NCBI GenBank assembly: GCA_035620735.1
Contig: DASPGH010000095.1
Span: forward strand, 3,484 to 67,483
From: Acidimicrobiia bacterium
Lineage (GTDB): Bacteria > Actinomycetota > Acidimicrobiia > Spongiisociales > ZC4RG35
Reading direction: 5' to 3'
DNA: 64,000 bases
The number at the start of each line of letters is the position of its first letter. Position 1 is the stretch's first letter. The translations under genes were made by a program, and so were the position numbers. Below the pieces are notes generated by a model. The model saw nothing but the letters and a program-made list of their open reading frames with translations, made no database searches and was not told the origin of the DNA. Below, piece by piece: positions 38,916 to 48,278 of this stretch.

Positions 38916-41013
38916 CCGACACCTCCATTTCACCATCCACGAGCGAAGACACGTCGGCGTCAGCCGAGGACGCGTCGCCCGGTTCGATGATCTCTTCGTC
39001 GAACTCGTCGACGTCGTGGCCGGGCTCGTGATCCATGGGCTCTTCCAGCGGCTCGATGGCCCAACCGATGAGCGCCGAAAGTGAGATGAGCGCCCCTATA
39101 CCTATCAGCACCTTGCCCCAGGTGGTCGTGTGGTAGATGATCCCGTAGAAGATCAGAGGCAGCCCCGACGCCATGATGATCGGGAAATAGGACGGTGCCG
39201 GGAGATGGATCGGGTGTCTCGGGTTGAGACCGTCGTACTCGAGGTCGGCGATGATCTGGTCTGCTTCTGGTAGGCGGACGGCGCGTCCCTCCTCGTCCTC
39301 TTCGTACTTCAGGTGCCAGAAATGATCCAGCCGCGTCACTTCGGGGGGCGTGGCGAAGTTGTACTCCGGAGTCGGGTTGGGGATCGTCCACTCGATGGTC
39401 CGTGCGTCCCACGGATCGAGACCGGACAGCTCGCCGTGACGTCGGCTGTGATACCAGTTGTACATGAACACGGCGATCGAGACGGCGATGATGAACGCAC
39501 CGACGGTCACCGCGACGTTCCATGTCTCCAGACCGGTCTCGGGCGCGTACTTCCACGTGCGGCGGACCATGCCCTGGAGGCCAAGCCAGTGCATCGGGGC
39601 AAAGGTCAGGTTGAACCCGATGAACTGGAGCCAGAAATGCGTCTTTCCCAGACCCGGGTTCATGACGCGACCCGTGAGCTTGGGGAACCAGTAGTAGAGA
39701 CCGGCGAAGATCCCAAACACCGCGCCACCGAAAAGGACATAGTGGAAGTGGGCGACGATGTAGTAGGTATCGGTCTGCTGCCAGTCGGAGGGGACGATCG
39801 AATGGGTGACGCCGGAGAGACCGCCAATCGTGAACATCGCCACGAAGCCGGACGCAAACAGCATGGGTGTCGAGAGTTTGATGCGTCCGCCCCACATCGT
39901 CCCCATCCAGTTGAAGATCTTGATGCCGGTCGGGATGGCGATGGTCATGGTGGCCAATCCGAAGGCGGCCTGCGCCACCGGGGTGATGCCTGACGCGAAC
40001 ATGTGATGGGCCCAGACCCCGAACCCGAGAAAGGCAATCGCTGCACCGGCAAAGACGACCGCCGAATACCCGAACAAAGGCTTACGACTGAATACGGGCA
40101 ACACCTCCGAGACGATGCCCATCGCCGGCAGGATCAGGATGTAGACCTCGGGATGACCGAACAACCAGAAGAGGTGCTGCCACAGGATGGGGTCACCACC
40201 CCCGACCGGGGCGAAGAAGAGAGTCCCGAACTGGCGATCGAACGTGACCATGAACAGGGCCACGGCAATGATCGGCAACGAGAACAGGAGGAGGAATGCC
40301 ACAACCGTCGACATCCAGGCGAAGACCGGCATCCTGAGCAGACGCATGCCTTTGGCCCGCATGTTGAACACGGTGACTATGAAGTTGATCGAAGAGATCA
40401 ACGAGGCCAGCCCGAGAATCTGCAATCCCAGGGCCCAGTAGTCCATGGCGGTGCCTGGTGAATAGAGAGGCCCGGCGTTGGGCTGATATCCGAACCATCC
40501 ACCGTCGGGCGATGTCGCCAGGAAGTTGAACGACCCCGGACCCCCTCCAGCGGCGAGATTACCGGGTATCCCACCCGGCGACACGGGAGGAACGGACGTG
40601 CCGAAGATGAAGGTGCTGTAGAGGAAGATCCCACCGAAGAAGAAGATCCACCACGAGAGGGCATTGAGACGGGGGAAGGCGACGTCCCTGGCCCCGATCA
40701 GCAACGGCAGGAGATAGTTCATGAAGGCGGCGCCAACCGGCATCACGAAGAGGAAGATCATCGTCGTTCCATGCATCGTGAACAGGGCGTTGTAGGCACC
40801 CGCAGTCAGGAACTCGGAGTTGGCCGAGGCCAACTGGATGCGAAGGAGGAGGGCCTCGACACCCCCGACGATGAAGAACGTGAAGGCGGCGTAGCCGTAC
40901 ATGATGCCGATCTTCTTGTGATCGACAGTGGTGATCCATCCCCACAACCCCGAGGTCGATCTGGGACGACGGAATATCGTCGTGATCGTCGGGCGTTCAG
41001 CGGTGGCTGTCAT
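38908..41013 (-). CDS. ctaD: cytochrome c oxidase subunit I with ~138-aa C-terminal 2-TM extension
   Basis: Canonical subunit I motifs are present (WITTVDHKKIGIMY, GHPEVYILILP, WAHHMF, HFHYVLFGG). It is 701 aa versus the ~540-580 I recall for a typical subunit I. The extension maps to about 38908..39324. Confidence 0.95.
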   Translation of the reverse strand: MTATAERPTITTIFRRPRSTSGLWGWITTVDHKKIGIMYGYAAFTFFIVGGVEALLLRIQLASANSEFLTAGAYNALFTMHGTTMIFLFVMPVGAAFMNYLLPLLIGARDVAFPRLNALSWWIFFFGGIFLYSTFIFGTSVPPVSPGGIPGNLAAGGGPGSFNFLATSPDGGWFGYQPNAGPLYSPGTAMDYWALGLQILGLASLISSINFIVTVFNMRAKGMRLLRMPVFAWMSTVVAFLLLFSLPIIAVALFMVTFDRQFGTLFFAPVGGGDPILWQHLFWLFGHPEVYILILPAMGIVSEVLPVFSRKPLFGYSAVVFAGAAIAFLGFGVWAHHMFASGITPVAQAAFGLATMTIAIPTGIKIFNWMGTMWGGRIKLSTPMLFASGFVAMFTIGGLSGVTHSIVPSDWQQTDTYYIVAHFHYVLFGGAVFGIFAGLYYWFPKLTGRVMNPGLGKTHFWLQFIGFNLTFAPMHWLGLQGMVRRTWKYAPETGLETWNVAVTVGAFIIAVSIAVFMYNWYHSRRHGELSGLDPWDARTIEWTIPNPTPEYNFATPPEVTRLDHFWHLKYEEDEEGRAVRLPEADQIIADLEYDGLNPRHPIHLPAPSYFPIIMASGLPLIFYGIIYHTTTWGKVLIGIGALISLSALIGWAIEPLEEPMDHEPGHDVDEFDEEIIEPGDASSADADVSSLVDGEMEVSDE

Positions 41014-42077
41014 TCGTTCCCATCCAACCAGACGATAAGCGCGTCGATCTCCGCCTCGGTCAGACCCAGATCTGGCATAAAGCTCCCCGGCTTCACCTCC
41101 GGTGGGTTGGCCAGCCAGCGTTTGAGTGCCGCATCGTGACTCTCACCCTCCTCGGGGAGAATGGCGCCGGCGAAGACATCTCTCGACGCGAAGTGAGTCA
41201 GATCAGGGCCGTTGAAGGCGTCCGGCGGAACGATGTTGGAGGCCTCGGCGTCGTCGAATCGCACGGTGTGACACTGGATGCAGCCCTTGTTGAGAAACGC
41301 CTGATAACCCTCGTATCCGGGGTCGCCCTCCACAGGGAGAGTCGTCGGTGCCTGCTGGTCGGCCACCCACGCATCGAAGTCGGCCTGGCTCACCGCCTGG
41401 ACCCTCGTTCTCATCAGGGAGTGTGACAAACCACAGAACTCGGCGCAATGACCCCAGAACTCGCCCGGCTCGTTGGCCTCGAGACGTAGCGTGGTGGTTT
41501 GACCTGGTATCAGGTAGCGCTTGCCGTTCAGGGCGGGAACCCAGAAGTTGTGGATGACATCGTCTGAGGTCATCTGAGCACAGACCTCCTGGCCCGCCGG
41601 GATCACCATGACGTTGGCTGTGTCGACCTCCTGTTCGGGATAGTGGAACTCGAACCACCATTGGTGACCGATCACCTCCACCTCCATCGCGTCGGGACTG
41701 CATTCCGTCAGCTCGAAGATGGACGAAACGGTGGGAACCGCGATGCCGGCAAGGATCAGAGCGGGTATGACCGTCCACACGACTTCCAGCTTCGGGCTTC
41801 CGTGGAGCTGTTTTGGCTCTTTCTGATCTCCCTTGCCCTTGTCCCGGAAGAACACGAGGATGACGACGAGACCGGCCATCACGAGAACGAAGACACCCGT
41901 GGCGATCCAGAACACCAGCCAGAACAGGCTGTCGATCTTCTCAGCAAAAGGCCCGCTGGGCTCGAAAGTGGTCAGAGGCTGGTCCTGTCCGGCATCGAGG
42001 AAGGCGCATGCGCTGAGAAGAAGAGATGAGCCGACAAGCGCGGTGAGTCGGGTCAAACGTCGGCGGATCGGGGCCAT
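41010..42077 (-). CDS. ctaC: cytochrome c oxidase subunit II with fused C-terminal cytochrome c domain (caa3 type)
   Basis: CuA site (HNFWVPALNGK...CAEFCGLSHSLM) plus the heme-c motif CIQCH. An N-terminal signal/lipobox-like LLLSAC is present. Confidence 0.92.
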   Translation of the reverse strand: MAPIRRRLTRLTALVGSSLLLSACAFLDAGQDQPLTTFEPSGPFAEKIDSLFWLVFWIATGVFVLVMAGLVVILVFFRDKGKGDQKEPKQLHGSPKLEVVWTVIPALILAGIAVPTVSSIFELTECSPDAMEVEVIGHQWWFEFHYPEQEVDTANVMVIPAGQEVCAQMTSDDVIHNFWVPALNGKRYLIPGQTTTLRLEANEPGEFWGHCAEFCGLSHSLMRTRVQAVSQADFDAWVADQQAPTTLPVEGDPGYEGYQAFLNKGCIQCHTVRFDDAEASNIVPPDAFNGPDLTHFASRDVFAGAILPEEGESHDAALKRWLANPPEVKPGSFMPDLGLTEAEIDALIVWLDGNE

Positions 42078-42157
42078 CGGGTGGGCATCTTACGGAGATT
42101 GAGAATCAGCAACCAACTTCACCAACGGGCGATCGAAACGGGGTCAACCAATCCACC

Positions 42158-42802
42158 GTGCGGCCTCGAACACGGATCATGAGAGAGCTTCCGATGTTCC
42201 CACTGGGCAACCCGCTGCTGCCAGGGATGGTCTTGCCACTCCGTCTCTTCGAGCCACGCTATCTGCAGCTCTACGCCGACATCATCGACAGCACCCGCGA
42301 GTTCGGTGTCGTCCTCATCGAACGGGGCATTGAATCGAGAGACGATGCAGCCACATTCGATGTGGGATGCGTCGCAAGCATCGTCGGGTCGGGAATCAAC
42401 GATGACGGCACCGTTGGTCTCATAACCGTTGGACGTCGCCGCATCCGAGTGGACAAATGGCTCGAGTCCGACCCCTACCCCCGGGCGTTGGTCACCGACC
42501 TCGACGACGAGCCGCTCTCCGACCGGGGGCTGAACTCCGTCCGGGCCGCCGCCCATCGGATACCCGATCTCCTGAATACGGCCGCGAAGCTCGACTCCGA
42601 GGTGAGCACCGAAGTTCCCGAGCTCGCCGCCGATCCCGTGGTCGCCATTTATCAGATCGCGCAGATGTCGGGCCTGCAATCGCTGGATCTACAGAAGATC
42701 CTCGAGACACCCGACGCCGACACGCGCGCCGCGCTCGTCGAAGCGAAGGTCGAGGAGACTCTGGAATTGATTCGGCTCCAGCTCGAGGTCGGTGAGGGAT
42801 AG
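42158..42802 (+). CDS. LON-N (Lon protease substrate-binding) domain protein
   Basis: LPMFPLGNPLLPGMVLPLRLFEPRYLQLY is the classic Lon N-terminal domain opening. The true start may be ATG 42179. Confidence 0.8.
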   Translation: MRPRTRIMRELPMFPLGNPLLPGMVLPLRLFEPRYLQLYADIIDSTREFGVVLIERGIESRDDAATFDVGCVASIVGSGINDDGTVGLITVGRRRIRVDKWLESDPYPRALVTDLDDEPLSDRGLNSVRAAAHRIPDLLNTAAKLDSEVSTEVPELAADPVVAIYQIAQMSGLQSLDLQKILETPDADTRAALVEAKVEETLELIRLQLEVGEG

Positions 42803-42813
42803 GGGCATCCGCC

Positions 42814-44016
42814 TCACCCTGGTTTGGTCGGTGCGACTTCGATTTCCGACCACTGTTTTCGCTCGAGCAGAAGCGACACACCGACTCCAAAGAGGATCGC
42901 CCAAAAGAACCTGCCCAAACCGAGCAGCTGCAGCTCCGAGACCGCCACGGCGAATGCGACGACAGGTCCGAGGATCAGCGGACCTCGCGTCACTTCGGCT
43001 AGAGCGCGGGTGAGAATGGTGAGGGCGGCAAGCCCCACTACTGCATCGAGGAGAGCCTCCGGGATGAACTCGAGCAGCTGGATGGCGAAACCCGCAGACA
43101 GTGCCACCAGAACACTGGCACCTGCGGCGATGTGAGCCGCCCAATGTCTGCCCTCGTGGCCGCCTGCATCGGGACCGGCGACCAACGCCGATGCGGGCAG
43201 CGATAAGGACACGCCCATCGGCCCGAATGCCGAGCCCAACATCGTTCCGGCGCCGCTCACAAAGGAGAGCGCTCGCTCTGGCGGATCGAAGTCCTGGGAG
43301 CGGAGATAGACGAGCGAAGGGGCGTTGGCCTGGAGGGTTATGAAGATCACCAGGACCGGGGTGGCCGTCACCAGCGCCTCGAAAGTGAAATCCGGGGCGG
43401 TCAGCGTGACCTGTGGCCATGCCAGGTCGGGCGCCGGTCCCATCTCCGAACTGACCAGGGCGACTATCACCCCGACCACCAGGGCCGACAGGAGGGCTGG
43501 AACCCGCTGACCGAGAAACGCCGCGCTGAGGAAATATGCCAGGAACGTGGAGCCCACCAGCAGTGTCGACGCTCCGAGAGAGGTGATCGACTCGGAGAGG
43601 AGCGGGTCGAGGATCGCCCCGGCCAGCAGGCCATAGACGATCGGTGAGGGCAAGAGCTGGGCCAGCCGATGGGTGAGACCTGTAAGACCGAGGAGAAGGA
43701 CGAAGGCCCCGGCGACGACGGTTGCGCCAACGAGCTCGGACCAACTCAGCTCACCCCCGAGCGACAGGACGAATATGAGGATGAAGATGTTGCCGGTGAT
43801 CGGTATCGGCTGTCGATACCTGATTGTCAGAATGATCGTGAGAACCGCCGGCAGACCCCACACAGCGAAGATCCAGGCAGACGTCTCGGCGGCCGTCAGC
43901 CCTGACCCGGCCGCGGCATCGAGCGGGATTGCGACGACCGCCACGTAGACCGCTGAGAGTGAAAGACCGGCCGCCAGAGGTCTCAGAAATCGTCGATAAC
44001 CGGTTCCCTCCACCAC
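42814..44016 (-). CDS. polytopic secondary transporter, BenE-family-like
   Basis: 400 aa with about 12 TM helices. The opening region (LTAAETSAWIFAVWGLPAVLTIILTIRYRQPIPI) resembles benzoate membrane transport protein family members as I recall them. The family call is tentative. Confidence 0.5.
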   Translation of the reverse strand: MVEGTGYRRFLRPLAAGLSLSAVYVAVVAIPLDAAAGSGLTAAETSAWIFAVWGLPAVLTIILTIRYRQPIPITGNIFILIFVLSLGGELSWSELVGATVVAGAFVLLLGLTGLTHRLAQLLPSPIVYGLLAGAILDPLLSESITSLGASTLLVGSTFLAYFLSAAFLGQRVPALLSALVVGVIVALVSSEMGPAPDLAWPQVTLTAPDFTFEALVTATPVLVIFITLQANAPSLVYLRSQDFDPPERALSFVSGAGTMLGSAFGPMGVSLSLPASALVAGPDAGGHEGRHWAAHIAAGASVLVALSAGFAIQLLEFIPEALLDAVVGLAALTILTRALAEVTRGPLILGPVVAFAVAVSELQLLGLGRFFWAILFGVGVSLLLERKQWSEIEVAPTKPG

Positions 44017-44053
44017 ATGTTCAGACTAGGGACTACGTGGTGCCGCGCCGCGG

Positions 44054-44782
44054 TCAGCGCGAAATCAGATCGATCGCAGCTTCCACGTCGGAATCGGAGA
44101 CCGCCCCTTCGAAGACGGCGGCCACCATGCCGGACGGGTCGATGGCATATAGCCAGGGCTGTGAGATCAGACCCCATTGCTCGACGTCGGCCGAGAGCTC
44201 CGGGTCGGCCTCTTCTTCGACATCGGAGTTGGCGAAAACATCGACCACTCGGAACGTGACCCCGCGCTCGTCGGCGAAGGATTGCGCTTGATCGATCATC
44301 GGACGACAGGCCTGCGACGGGCACCGTTGAGGGCTCGCGAAAACGACCAACAGTGGACCACTCACCTCCTCTCCCTCGATGGGCGGAGCGGATTCGCCGG
44401 CGGTCACCTGGAAGGGATTCTCGACTGAGATGAAGCCGGCCGGCGGAGTCTCGCCGTGTGTTCCCCCATCGACGGTCAGCTGATAGGTCTCGGCTTCCGG
44501 AATCTCGACGACGAACGCATATGCGGGTTGTGTGTCGGGGACCACCCAGACGAGCTCACCCGGATAGACCCCCAAAGGCGAGCCGTTTTCGTCCCGCAGG
44601 GTGCCGGACGGGACGGTGTCGAGAGCCAGGAGCTGGCCCTCCCCGTTCCTCAGCTCGACCAGGATCCTCTGCTCACCGGTCCCGATGGTGCTGAGGGTCG
44701 AGATCACTTTTGCAGAAAAGGAGGGCCCTGCGCTGCAGGCGACGACCGCCAACATTGCAACAGCCGCAAAGACTCTGTTCAA
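44054..44782 (-). CDS. thioredoxin-fold lipoprotein (C-x4-C motif), translationally coupled to ctaB
   Basis: The proposed TTG start at 44782 overlaps the ctaB stop (TTGA) and gives the lipoprotein signal (M)NRVFAAVAMLAVVACS. The C-terminal region LLVVFASPQRCPSQACRPMID is thioredoxin-like. The 658-aa ORF in the track is a chimeric read-through. Confidence 0.6.
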   Translation of the reverse strand: MNRVFAAVAMLAVVACSAGPSFSAKVISTLSTIGTGEQRILVELRNGEGQLLALDTVPSGTLRDENGSPLGVYPGELVWVVPDTQPAYAFVVEIPEAETYQLTVDGGTHGETPPAGFISVENPFQVTAGESAPPIEGEEVSGPLLVVFASPQRCPSQACRPMIDQAQSFADERGVTFRVVDVFANSDVEEEADPELSADVEQWGLISQPWLYAIDPSGMVAAVFEGAVSDSDVEAAIDLISR

Positions 44783-45678
44783 AGAAGAACGTCCAGCATC
44801 ACAGAGGCAAAGAGTGCGGACAGATAGACCGTCGACGTCGTGAACAGCCGCATTGCCTGATCGGGGTGGCGCACCACCCGCCAGGTGTCCCACAGGAACC
44901 ATCCACCGAGGGTCGTGGCTGCGACCAGGTAGATCCAGGACATTCCACCGAGAGGGACGAGCAGGAGCGAAACCCCGACCATCAGACCGGTGTAGAGAAG
45001 CATCCGCCTGGTGGTGGCCTCGACGCCCGCCACAACCGGGAGCATCGGCACACCTGCCGCGGCGTAGTCGTCCCGATAGCGCAGAGCCAGTGCCCAGAAG
45101 TGCGGTGGAGTCCAGTAGAAGACGACGAGAAAGAGCACCCACGCCGGCAACCCAAGCGAGCCCGTTACCGCAGCCCAGCCAACCAGGGTGGGGGCGGCAC
45201 CGGCGGCGCCACCGATCACGATGTTCTGCACCGTCGAGCGCTTGAGTCGTCTCGTGTAGACGAACACGTAGAAGAGCAATGCGGCCGTGGCGATCGACGC
45301 CGCCAACAGATTGGCGAACACGGTCAACCAGACAAACCCGGCCACCCCGAGGACGACACCGAACACGAACGCATTTCGCGGCGCCACTTCGTGACGAGCC
45401 AGAGGCCGTGATCGTGTGCGACGCATCATCTCGTCGATGTCGCGGTCGTAGAACATGTTCAGCGCATTGGCGCCACCCGCGGAGAGCGCTCCCCCGATCA
45501 GAGTCGCCACCACGAGCCATGTCCCGGGCCACCTGCCTGCGGCGAGGACCATCGATGGGATAGTGGTGATCAGCAGTAACTCGATTATGCGGGGCTTGGT
45601 CAACGCCACATACGCTCCGAGCCGCGATCGCGGCCCGGCCGTTGCTTCGACGACGACGGGTTTGTGGAGCTCGGTCAT
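44779..45678 (-). CDS. ctaB: protoheme IX farnesyltransferase (heme O synthase)
   Basis: UbiA-family motifs are present (ALTKPRIIELLL, NMFYDRDIDEMMRRTRSRPL, YWTPPHFWALAL). Confidence 0.92.
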   Translation of the reverse strand: MTELHKPVVVEATAGPRSRLGAYVALTKPRIIELLLITTIPSMVLAAGRWPGTWLVVATLIGGALSAGGANALNMFYDRDIDEMMRRTRSRPLARHEVAPRNAFVFGVVLGVAGFVWLTVFANLLAASIATAALLFYVFVYTRRLKRSTVQNIVIGGAAGAAPTLVGWAAVTGSLGLPAWVLFLVVFYWTPPHFWALALRYRDDYAAAGVPMLPVVAGVEATTRRMLLYTGLMVGVSLLLVPLGGMSWIYLVAATTLGGWFLWDTWRVVRHPDQAMRLFTTSTVYLSALFASVMLDVLL

Positions 45679-45769
45679 CCTGACGACATGGGGAACGTCT
45701 CAGACGATATACGCCAACACGGTCAAGCAACAGACGGTCATCGCCTCCACGCCCTCCTAATCTCGCCGC

Positions 45770-48277
45770 ATGCGCTGGGTGAAACGCATCGGCCTCTTCA
45801 TCCTGGTGCTCGTGCTTGGCGCCGTCGCCTTCGCCATCTACACGGTTCGCAACTCCTTCCCCCAGGTCGAGGGCACGATTCAGGTCGACGGCTTGGTCGA
45901 CGAGGTGGAGGTCCTGCGGGACGACCTCGGCGTCCCCCACATCTATGCCGCGAACTCTCACGATCTTTTCTTCGCGCAAGGCTTCACCCACGCCCAGGAC
46001 CGCTTCTACCAGATGGACTTCTGGCGCCACATCGGGGCCGGGAGACTGTCGGAGATGTTCGGTTCTTCCCAGGTGGAGACCGACATGTTCCTCCGGTCCC
46101 TGGGATGGGAGACGCTGGCAGAGGAGGAGTGGGCATCGATGCAGTCACCCTCCCGGGACATCCTCCAGTCGTATGCAGATGGTGTCAACGCTTATCTCGA
46201 TACCCACTCCGGGTCAGAATTGAGCCTGGAGTACGCCATCCTCCCGCTGCAGAACCCGGAGTACGAGATCAATCCCTGGTCCCCGGTGAACACGTTGACT
46301 TGGGCCAAGGTGATGTCGTGGGACTTGAGTTCGAACATGTCGGAGGAGATCTCCCGGGCGGTGCTCGGCAAGACCCTGCCACTCGACCAGGTGGAACAGC
46401 TCTATCCAGCATTCCCCGAGGATCATCCTGTTGTCGTCGAAGACGCCACGTCGGCCACTGAGCAGAGAGAGACCGTGTCGATTCCCGACGAGGCACTCAC
46501 CGATCTCGTCTCTGCCGGGTCTGCCGCAGATCGGCTCTGGGAGCTCACCGGGGGAGGCTTCGAAGGAATCGGCTCCAACAACTGGGTTCTGTCCGGGGAG
46601 CTGACCGAGTCCGGGATGCCGCTCCTGGCCAACGACACCCATCTGGCCAATCAGATGCCTTCCATCTGGTACGCGAACGGTCTCCATTGCACCGAGGACT
46701 CCCAGGACTGCCCTCATCAACTCGTGGGTTTCAGTTTCGCCGGCACTCCAGGCGTCGTGATCGGGCACAACGGTCACCATGCGTGGGGCGTCACTACAGA
46801 GGCGGCGGATACACAGGACCTCTTCGTCGAACGGGTGAACCCTGAGGACCCCGGCCAATACGAGGTCGACGGCTCCTGGGTCGGCTTCGATTTGAGAGAG
46901 GAGACCATCGAAGTGGGCGGTGGCGACGATGTCACCTACGAGGTTCGCAGCACCCGGCACGGGCCAGTGATCTCCGAGACCTACTTCGATGACGGTGTCT
47001 TCGACGGCTCGACGACCGTCGAGACCCCGGACGACTACGTCGTGGCTCTCGGCTGGCAGAGCCTGGAGACCTCGACACTCGTGGATGCCATCATCGGCAT
47101 CAACCTCGCAACCTCATATGAGGAATTCCGGGAAGCGGTCGGCCTTTGGGACATCGCGGCGCAAAACGTCGTATATGCCGATGTGGAAGGGAACATCGCG
47201 TACCACTCCACCGGTGAGATCCCCGTTCGGGCCACCGGCGACGGTCGCTATCCCGTGCCGGGATGGACATTGGAGTACGACTGGGAAGGGACCGTGCCCT
47301 TCGACCAGATGCCGGCGATGCTCAACCCTCCGGCCGGATACATCGAATCGGCGAACCAGCCCGTCCACCGCCCCGGCTCGACCCCCCTGATAGGGATCGA
47401 CGGGGCACACGGCTACAGGGCCAGGCGAATCGGGCAGATGATCGAGGAGAGCGACGCCCACAACGTCGAGACGATGCAGACGATGCAGTTCGATGCGCGA
47501 GATGGGGGGGCCGAGTGGCTTGTCCCCTATCTGCTCGAAGTCGACGCAACCGGCGATGAAGAGTTGGCCGACACCCGGCTCAGGCTGGAGGGCTGGTCGG
47601 GCGGTGGATCGGCTTTCCAGAACGAGGCGCGATCGACCGGAGCCGCTATCTATCAAGTGATCTGGCGGCAGACGCTCGCTCTCACTTTCCACGACGACCT
47701 CCCTGAGGACGAATGGCCTCAAGGTGGCAGTCGATGGTTCGAGGTCGTTCGTGGTCTGCTCGAAGAACCCGAAGACCCGTTCTGGGACGACTCGAGGACC
47801 GTCGAAGTCGAAACCCGCGACGACATCCTGAGACGGGCCATGAGGCTGGGGCGGAGGGAACTGGCCGGACTGCTGGGCGATGACCCTCAGAACTGGTCCT
47901 GGGGCGCACTTCATATCGCCCGGTTCGAGAACCAGACACTCGGGCAATCCGGCATCGGCCCCATCGAGTGGCTCTTCAACCGCACCGCGCCGGCGCGGGT
48001 GGGCGGGACTGAATCGGTCGTGAATGCGGTGGGTTGGAATCCAATCGAGTCCTATGAGGTGAACTGGGTGCCGGCCCAGCGCATGATCGTTGACCTGGGC
48101 GACCTCGATGCCTCGACTTTCATCCACACCACCGGCCAGTCGGGCCACGCCTTCGCCGCGAACTACCAATCGATGCTGGAGATGTGGACGGACGGTGAGC
48201 AGGGGCCGATGCCTTTCAGTCGCGGCGCCGTCGAAGACATCACCGTCGACACAGTCATCCTGGCCCCAACCGGCTGA
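45770..48277 (+). CDS. penicillin acylase-family Ntn hydrolase (penicillin/AHL acylase type)
   Basis: 835 aa with an N-terminal TM/signal. It has GVPHIYA..DLFFAQGF.HAQDRF.QMD and the processing-site region GSNNWV (nucleophilic Ser). Confidence 0.9.
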   Translation: MRWVKRIGLFILVLVLGAVAFAIYTVRNSFPQVEGTIQVDGLVDEVEVLRDDLGVPHIYAANSHDLFFAQGFTHAQDRFYQMDFWRHIGAGRLSEMFGSSQVETDMFLRSLGWETLAEEEWASMQSPSRDILQSYADGVNAYLDTHSGSELSLEYAILPLQNPEYEINPWSPVNTLTWAKVMSWDLSSNMSEEISRAVLGKTLPLDQVEQLYPAFPEDHPVVVEDATSATEQRETVSIPDEALTDLVSAGSAADRLWELTGGGFEGIGSNNWVLSGELTESGMPLLANDTHLANQMPSIWYANGLHCTEDSQDCPHQLVGFSFAGTPGVVIGHNGHHAWGVTTEAADTQDLFVERVNPEDPGQYEVDGSWVGFDLREETIEVGGGDDVTYEVRSTRHGPVISETYFDDGVFDGSTTVETPDDYVVALGWQSLETSTLVDAIIGINLATSYEEFREAVGLWDIAAQNVVYADVEGNIAYHSTGEIPVRATGDGRYPVPGWTLEYDWEGTVPFDQMPAMLNPPAGYIESANQPVHRPGSTPLIGIDGAHGYRARRIGQMIEESDAHNVETMQTMQFDARDGGAEWLVPYLLEVDATGDEELADTRLRLEGWSGGGSAFQNEARSTGAAIYQVIWRQTLALTFHDDLPEDEWPQGGSRWFEVVRGLLEEPEDPFWDDSRTVEVETRDDILRRAMRLGRRELAGLLGDDPQNWSWGALHIARFENQTLGQSGIGPIEWLFNRTAPARVGGTESVVNAVGWNPIESYEVNWVPAQRMIVDLGDLDASTFIHTTGQSGHAFAANYQSMLEMWTDGEQGPMPFSRGAVEDITVDTVILAPTG

Positions 48278-48278
48278 T

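Noticed and set aside
42689-43744. 351-aa minus-strand ORF overlapping the BenE-like transporter in another frame
   Set aside because: The alternative frame (42814..44016) gives a clean 12-TM transporter. This frame gives Arg/Pro/Gly-rich sequence.
44783-46030. Upstream 416 codons of the 658-aa minus-strand ORF 44054..46030
   Set aside because: It is out of frame or antisense relative to the well-supported ctaB (44779..45678) and the penicillin acylase start. Only the last 242 codons, a lipoprotein with a signal peptide, look like a real gene.
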